Part shown: positions 43,301-46,747 of the stretch, in pieces
Position numbering within the stretch: the stretch's first letter is position 1
How the letters are laid out: each line of letters opens with the position of its first letter
Source: a virus
IMG/VR virus record: IMGVR_UViG_3300045988_113737
Length of the DNA: 46,747 nt
Direction: 5' to 3' (one strand)
Notes under the pieces: model-generated
What the model was told of the DNA's origin: nothing
Seen by the model: the letters and a program-made list of their open reading frames with translations, nothing else
Database searches by the model: none
Translations under genes and position numbers: made by a program

Positions 43301-43663
43301 ATCAGCAAGGGTTCTGAGCTTATCGCCGTCCGTCCACCGGACATTTGCCAGAGCCGCATTCAGGGCGTTTAACTGATTGGCAATAGAACTGGAAATCTTA
43401 ATGTTCTTGGCCGACTCCAAGGCTTTCAGACCCGTAGCGATCTGAGTCAACTTCTTAGACACATCTCCGCTATTCAGACCGGAAAGGGCATTCTTCAATT
43501 CCCGAATACTCTTACTGGTAGCATTCAGGCCGGTAACACTGGCACCAGTAGCACCCTTCAAACCGCTCAGAGCCTTTTTGAGATTGTTAATCCCGGAAAC
43601 AGCACCTTCACTGTTCTCCTGAATTTGAAACTCTAAGCCCTGAATTTCAACATTATCGGCCAT
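40310..43663 (-). CDS. Tape measure protein
   Basis: 1117 aa. Helical N-terminus, repeated hydrophobic core. Positioned after the G/GT chaperone. Confidence 0.9.
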   Translation of the reverse strand: MADNVEIQGLEFQIQENSEGAVSGINNLKKALSGLKGATGASVTGLNATSKSIRELKNALSGLNSGDVSKKLTQIATGLKALESAKNIKISSSIANQLNALNAALANVRWTDGDKLRTLADGLRPLSELGKANMTTFINQLKKLPTVIEELEKADIDKFTQQMKELAAAMKPFADEMQKVSNGFSAFPSRIQRLIRSTEQYNGTVRRATNSTSAWNKVANGLKFGTMIYGLSRLASMIGTAITKSNEYQENLNLFTVAMGEYVQEAFDYGQAVSEVLGIDLSDWIRNQGVFNTLLTGFGDTAERAALMSKNLTQLGYDLSSFFNISVEDAMQKLQSGISGELEPLRRLGYDLSQARLEAVALSLGIDKSVMSMTQAEKAELRYYAIMTQVTTAQGDLARTLESPANQLRILSAQFNMAARSIGNIFIPALNAILPYAIAVVEVIREIADAIASLFGFELTEVDYSGITAGASGAGSMADSLDEAAGAAKKLKQYTAGFDELNVFSPDSGSAGSGVGAGGGNGFDFELPEYDFIGEAIQTRVGEIKAMIENSLADITAVVSGFSLAIGTIMVLTGANIPLGLGLMVMGAAGLVGTISANWGSMNGQLASTLATITGMLGGFFLALGALLTFTGANVPLGIALMAVGAVSLVTAVAVNWHASDTPLKDALATLTAIVGGSLLAVGALLAFSGGSVPLGIALMAAGAISIVGSAALNWNGMNEQIGTIIGTLTGMVSGALLALGALFVFTGVSLPLGLALLAAGAVSLVTSATVNWQSTNDTMSTVLGTLTAIVGGAMLAVGALLTFGGVNLPLGLALMAAGAISLVTAAVVDWTFVVTTVKTILQEIGIAAGAALLALGVMLTLSGGALPLGIGLIAAGAATLAAGVALNWNYILTTIKNVLKEIGIAAGGALVALGLMLIVTGVGLPLGIGLLLAGAATMATSVALNWDFFADKIQQMLDGITAVFKGFVNGGLGLFENFINGVIGIVNNVISFINGLVGILGIHIDLIPEVSIPRLATGGFVDEGQLFIANEAGAEMVGAMGRRTVVANNEQIVEGISAGVTVANDGVIAAIYALMNLIEDKDLSVSIGDDVIGRSYDRYSRNRGVRVNSGAFSNAY
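40814..42001 (-). repeat. Seven tandem 174-nt (58-aa) repeats inside the tape measure gene
   Basis: An NW/DW landmark recurs every 58 residues (598, 656, 714, 772, 830, 888, 946). Each unit is a Gly/Ala/Leu-rich pair of hydrophobic helices. Confidence 0.85.
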
Positions 43664-44455
43664 TTACTCCACCACCCTTCTGCTCTTGAAATTTCCTGTT
43701 ATGAGCAAGTGCAAAGGCTTCCATATATTTCTTTGCCTTATCGTCACTTTTCTCTTCGGCTTTCTTTTGCTCGGTTTTATCGCCTCGACCATTCAAATCA
43801 AAAGGCTTTTTCGGATATGGCCGAGCTTTTGACCCTTTTTTTGCAAACGCTCTTAAAATAGGAGAAACATCGGCCAATGCTTCATAAAAATAAGCCCCTT
43901 GTAACCAAGCCTCTTGATTTTTTAAGTCCTGCCGAATTTGCGCAGCTTTGCGATAATATTTAACCAGATCACAGTCCTGTTCCCAGAACTGCTCATAGGT
44001 CATTCCGATAGCAAGATAGTACGGAAACAACTCGTAAAACCGCTCGTAAGCGAAACGGGGAGCGGGGCGATTGCCGCCACCGCCCCCCAGATTATCGGAC
44101 TGCGACTCGCTTACCAGTTCGCAGTCCAGTCCATGTTTCCCTCGTCATCACCATTCTGCTCAGGCTCTTCCATGAGGGACAGAATGGGTTCGTTATACAT
44201 CTCCACCAGCTTAGGCAGAAGCTCGTCTTTACGGGGCAGACGAGCGTAAATGCGGTCAACCACATCTTTCTTGACCCAGCGGTGGTGTGCAAGGAACGCA
44301 CCAGCAAACAGAGCGGGAAGCATGGTCATGGGCTTACGCTCAACATCTTCCGCAATAAAGCCCTGCTTCTCCATCGTTTCAACGGTCTTGCGGGTGTATT
44401 CCAGCGTATAACTCTCGCCGGAAACGGGGTCTTTAATTGTCAGTGTCTTAGCCAT
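43653..44455 (-). CDS. Tail assembly chaperone GT-type fusion (via -1 frameshift)
   Basis: The -1 frame is open from the slippery site through 43653 (...GKHGLDCELVSESQSDNLGGGGGNRPAPRFAYERFYELFPYYLAIGMTYEQ...). Confidence 0.7.
44111..44455 (-). CDS. Tail assembly chaperone (G-type)
   Basis: 114 aa between the major tail and tape measure genes. Acidic C-terminus. Confidence 0.75.
   Translation of the reverse strand: MAKTLTIKDPVSGESYTLEYTRKTVETMEKQGFIAEDVERKPMTMLPALFAGAFLAHHRWVKKDVVDRIYARLPRKDELLPKLVEMYNEPILSLMEEPEQNGDDEGNMDWTANW
44135..44141 (-). other. -1 programmed frameshift heptamer G_GGA_AAC
   Basis: In phase X_XXY_YYZ in the G frame, 8 codons before its stop. The -1 frame has stops just upstream and is open downstream. 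Confidence 0.7.
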
Positions 44456-44489
44456 GATAAATCCTCCTTATCATTCAGGCCGATTGTGA

Positions 44490-44921
44490 TTACTCAGCAG
44501 AGAAAGTGATCGGGGTGGAAGGGGCAATGGAGATGTTCATGTCCACAACCTCATTCACGCCGCCGCCAACGGGATAGACGGACAACTGGCCGTCAAACTC
44601 GAACTTGCCGTTAGAGCCATCAGGAGTCACAACACCGCCGCTCTCCTGACCACCAAACCAGACAGCGTAACTATCGGTCTTACCTTCCAGAGCCTTGAGC
44701 TTCTGAAAATCGGTCATATCATAGTTAGCGGTAAAGGACAGACCATCGAGGGACTGAATACCGGCAATATAGGTCTGCATATTGTCAGACAGCGTGGTAG
44801 TTTCCAGCATTTCAGGCTCGCCGCCCAGATCAGGAAACTCCTTAATGTCAACCAGCTTTTCATAGGTGTCAGGCTCGGTGCCCTTCTTCATAAGGAAGAC
44901 CTTGTAGGTGCTAATTGCCAT
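44490..44921 (-). CDS. Major tail protein
   Basis: 143 aa upstream of the chaperones. TP901-1-like features (KEFPDLGGEPEMLETTTL). Confidence 0.75.
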   Translation of the reverse strand: MAISTYKVFLMKKGTEPDTYEKLVDIKEFPDLGGEPEMLETTTLSDNMQTYIAGIQSLDGLSFTANYDMTDFQKLKALEGKTDSYAVWFGGQESGGVVTPDGSNGKFEFDGQLSVYPVGGGVNEVVDMNISIAPSTPITFSAE

Positions 44922-44926
44922 TTCTG

Positions 44927-45328
44927 TTACCTCCTGTAAAGATTTACACCATCCGTTTCAGCCCGATACCGGGCCACCAGACGGTAAATTGTTGCGTTCT
45001 CTAAATTGGGAACTGGGGAAAGGGAAATGCGAGTGAAGTTGCGCCGGTACATGAGATCATCAATGACTTTCATAATGCTCCGGCACTGTGCCTTTTTCCC
45101 AGAAGACTTATTGGAGTAGACATTTACCTCATACATGATCGTGGCATACTCTTCGCTGTCACTGGTACTCAGGTGAGTCAGTGTGGGGTAATTGTCCTGC
45201 TCCACAATGCTTACATGGGGAAAGGCGGAAGGGGCTTTGACATATTCCCCGCTTGTGTCAATACCCGGAAAGGCTTCCCGAAGGGCTTCGGCAATCGGTG
45301 TATAAATCTGATTTTCTACATCAATCAT
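44927..45328 (-). CDS. Tail completion/terminator-type protein
   Basis: Position between the neck and major tail genes. Confidence 0.5.
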   Translation of the reverse strand: MIDVENQIYTPIAEALREAFPGIDTSGEYVKAPSAFPHVSIVEQDNYPTLTHLSTSDSEEYATIMYEVNVYSNKSSGKKAQCRSIMKVIDDLMYRRNFTRISLSPVPNLENATIYRLVARYRAETDGVNLYRR

Positions 45329-45846
45329 CGAAACACCTCCTGAGCCAGCCGGGGCAAAACCCCTTCTAAATGCTTTACGGTTTCATACATAGACATATTG
45401 GCCGGGTTGCCGTGTGTGAGGACTACGGTATTCCCGTTCGGCTTGGTGAACTCAACGCCATTCGTACCGGCTTCACCGTAGTAACCCCATGTCTGTTGCT
45501 TACCATGACCGGCTCCATACTCTCCACGGCGCATACCGTGTTCCGCAGCTTCCGGGTGATTGTCTGGGTAAACAACACCTGTTCCGAATTCAATGAAAAG
45601 GACAGAGGCACCAACAGCGACAATCGCTCTGGCTCCGGTTGCCCTTTGCTCAACAGACACAGAAACATCATTCGTTCCGTCATATTCCGCTTTCGCAAAA
45701 TTGGCCGAAGCGACAGACAATCCCTCTTGAGCCAGCCGATCAAGCAGAAGGTTCGCTCGGGTTTTCAACCAATTCTGGTAGCGCTCAAGCTCCCGAATGG
45801 CATTATCAATCCCGGCCACAGACAGAGGTACTTTAATCGTCTTCAC
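45325..45846 (-). CDS. HK97 gp10-like neck protein
   Basis: Position and size. Overlapping start and stop with neighbours. Confidence 0.5.
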   Translation of the reverse strand: MKTIKVPLSVAGIDNAIRELERYQNWLKTRANLLLDRLAQEGLSVASANFAKAEYDGTNDVSVSVEQRATGARAIVAVGASVLFIEFGTGVVYPDNHPEAAEHGMRRGEYGAGHGKQQTWGYYGEAGTNGVEFTKPNGNTVVLTHGNPANMSMYETVKHLEGVLPRLAQEVFR

Positions 45847-46217
45847 GATACCGTCACCTTGCTTATAGCGTAGGAGATGGAATTTAGACTCTTAGCCACA
45901 CGCCGCACGATGTAGTCATAGAGGGGATTATCGTCAGCGTCATATTCCGGCTCTTTATCAACAAACAGCACGGTATTTTCATCAATGGGACAAGAGAGAT
46001 CATCAGTAACAATCACCTTGTCATAAGAGATGAAATTTCCAAACTGCTCCACCTGAGCCGAACCGGTAGCCGCCGACACATTATCCCGCCGCTGAACAGC
46101 GGCCTTGTAGACTACACGGCTATCTCCTGTTTCATTGCCGTCCTCGTCCCGAACCGGTTCTTTCTTGTCATAAAGCAAGTACCAATAGGACGATTTATTA
46201 CGCTCCATGATCTTCAT
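45843..46217 (-). CDS. Head closure/adaptor protein
   Basis: Position in the head-tail joining module. Confidence 0.5.
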   Translation of the reverse strand: MKIMERNKSSYWYLLYDKKEPVRDEDGNETGDSRVVYKAAVQRRDNVSAATGSAQVEQFGNFISYDKVIVTDDLSCPIDENTVLFVDKEPEYDADDNPLYDYIVRRVAKSLNSISYAISKVTVS

Positions 46218-46555
46218 GAGGTCGAGTCCCCCTTGATAACGCTGGCAAAGGGAACAATCTCACGCAACAGGGTAGGCGGTACATCTCCGTCCTCATAAGA
46301 CCGAGAAATGCCGTTTTCACTGTGCGCCGTTTCTCCCTCCGCACCACGCTTATTCACAAGGTAAGCTGCGATCTCTACCTGATTGAAGTCATACCGGGGC
46401 GGAACGGCGGTCACGGTATCGTCAAAGGGGTAAGCCCTCCGGCAAACCTTATTTGCGGCGATAGAAAGGTAGACAGAAAGCATGGCTTCATCTGTTTCGC
46501 CGGTCATGGTCTTCAACATGGACAGTTTTTCAGCGTCAGTCATGATTTCTGTCAC
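46214..46555 (-). CDS. Head-tail connector (gp6-like)
   Basis: 113 aa directly after the capsid gene. LSVYLSIAANKVCRRAYPF pattern of gp6-like connectors. Confidence 0.6.
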   Translation of the reverse strand: MTEIMTDAEKLSMLKTMTGETDEAMLSVYLSIAANKVCRRAYPFDDTVTAVPPRYDFNQVEIAAYLVNKRGAEGETAHSENGISRSYEDGDVPPTLLREIVPFASVIKGDSTS

Positions 46556-46577
46556 TCCTTTCCATCAGAATTTCTCT

Positions 46578-46747
46578 TTAACCCGCAGAACCACCGGGGA
46601 AGTCAGCCGCATTCGCCACATACACGCTACGGCTGTAAGTGGGAGCGGTAAACTCGGTAGAGATACCGGTAAACTTGCCGTGATACCACTCGGGGCCGTG
46701 GTCAAGGCCGATCTGACCGAAGAGCTGATACTTCTCACCAGCACCAA
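46578..46747 (-). CDS. Major capsid protein, C-terminal end (continues from 1..902 across the junction)
   Basis: ...GQIGLDHGPEWYHGKFTGISTEFTAPTYSRSVYVANAADFPGGSAG-TAA (stop at 46580..46578). The track ORF 46565..46747 is in a different frame. Confidence 0.8.
   Translation of the reverse strand, partial: GAGEKYQLFGQIGLDHGPEWYHGKFTGISTEFTAPTYSRSVYVANAADFPGGSAG
46693..46747. repeat. Terminal 55-nt direct repeat, copy 2
   Basis: Identical to 1..55. Confidence 0.95.

Overview
The window is a complete, circularly closed temperate siphovirus-type phage genome. The first 55 nt equal the last 55 nt, so the unique circle is 46,692 bp. Gene content looks Firmicutes/Clostridia-like, but this rests on motif recognition only because no database search was possible. 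Almost all genes are on the minus strand. In transcription order they are:
- an early region downstream of a cI/Cro-type switch (28.6 kb down to 25.1 kb);
- a recombination, replication and nucleotide-metabolism block (25.1 down to 10.1 kb): SF2 helicase, Hjc-like resolvase, family-B DNA polymerase, ERF annealase, YqaJ exonuclease, ThyX, HD hydrolase, MazG, Prim-Pol, D5/P4-type primase-helicase;
- terS (9.3-9.9 kb);
- a 4-kb accessory insertion with its own promoters and terminators;
- terL, portal, scaffold and a capsid gene that wraps the junction;
- connectors, major tail protein, G/GT chaperone, tape measure and tail-tip proteins (46.5 down to 37.1 kb);
- a diversity-generating retroelement (DGR; 37.1 down to 33.8 kb);
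- the lysis cassette (33.2 down to 31.2 kb).
Only the lysogeny module (repressor, small ORF, large serine integrase; 28.8-31.1 kb) is on the plus strand.

Main findings:
1. A complete DGR (target, avd, template repeat TR, reverse transcriptase RT) with strictly adenine-specific mismatches between TR and variable repeat (VR). A second, remote target gene lies in the early region. Both VRs are followed by the same GC hairpin.
2. A PAPS-reductase-like gene is split at two C9 runs. It carries three diverged tandem cassettes that encode the same motif in three different reading frames.
3. Two inverted copies of a ~172-bp element bounded by terminal inverted repeats sit upstream of terS and of the lysis genes. 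An orphan resolvase/invertase-type serine recombinase lies elsewhere in an AT-rich island.
4. A ~400-nt strongly strand-skewed spacer without credible coding potential carries seven CCTGCC motifs at ~60-nt intervals.
5. Smaller items: an orphan MazF-family toxin, an in-frame amber codon in a small HExxH gene, candidate pac repeats at the terS 3' end, and several consensus sigma-70 promoters with repeated operators.

All functional names are motif- and synteny-based.
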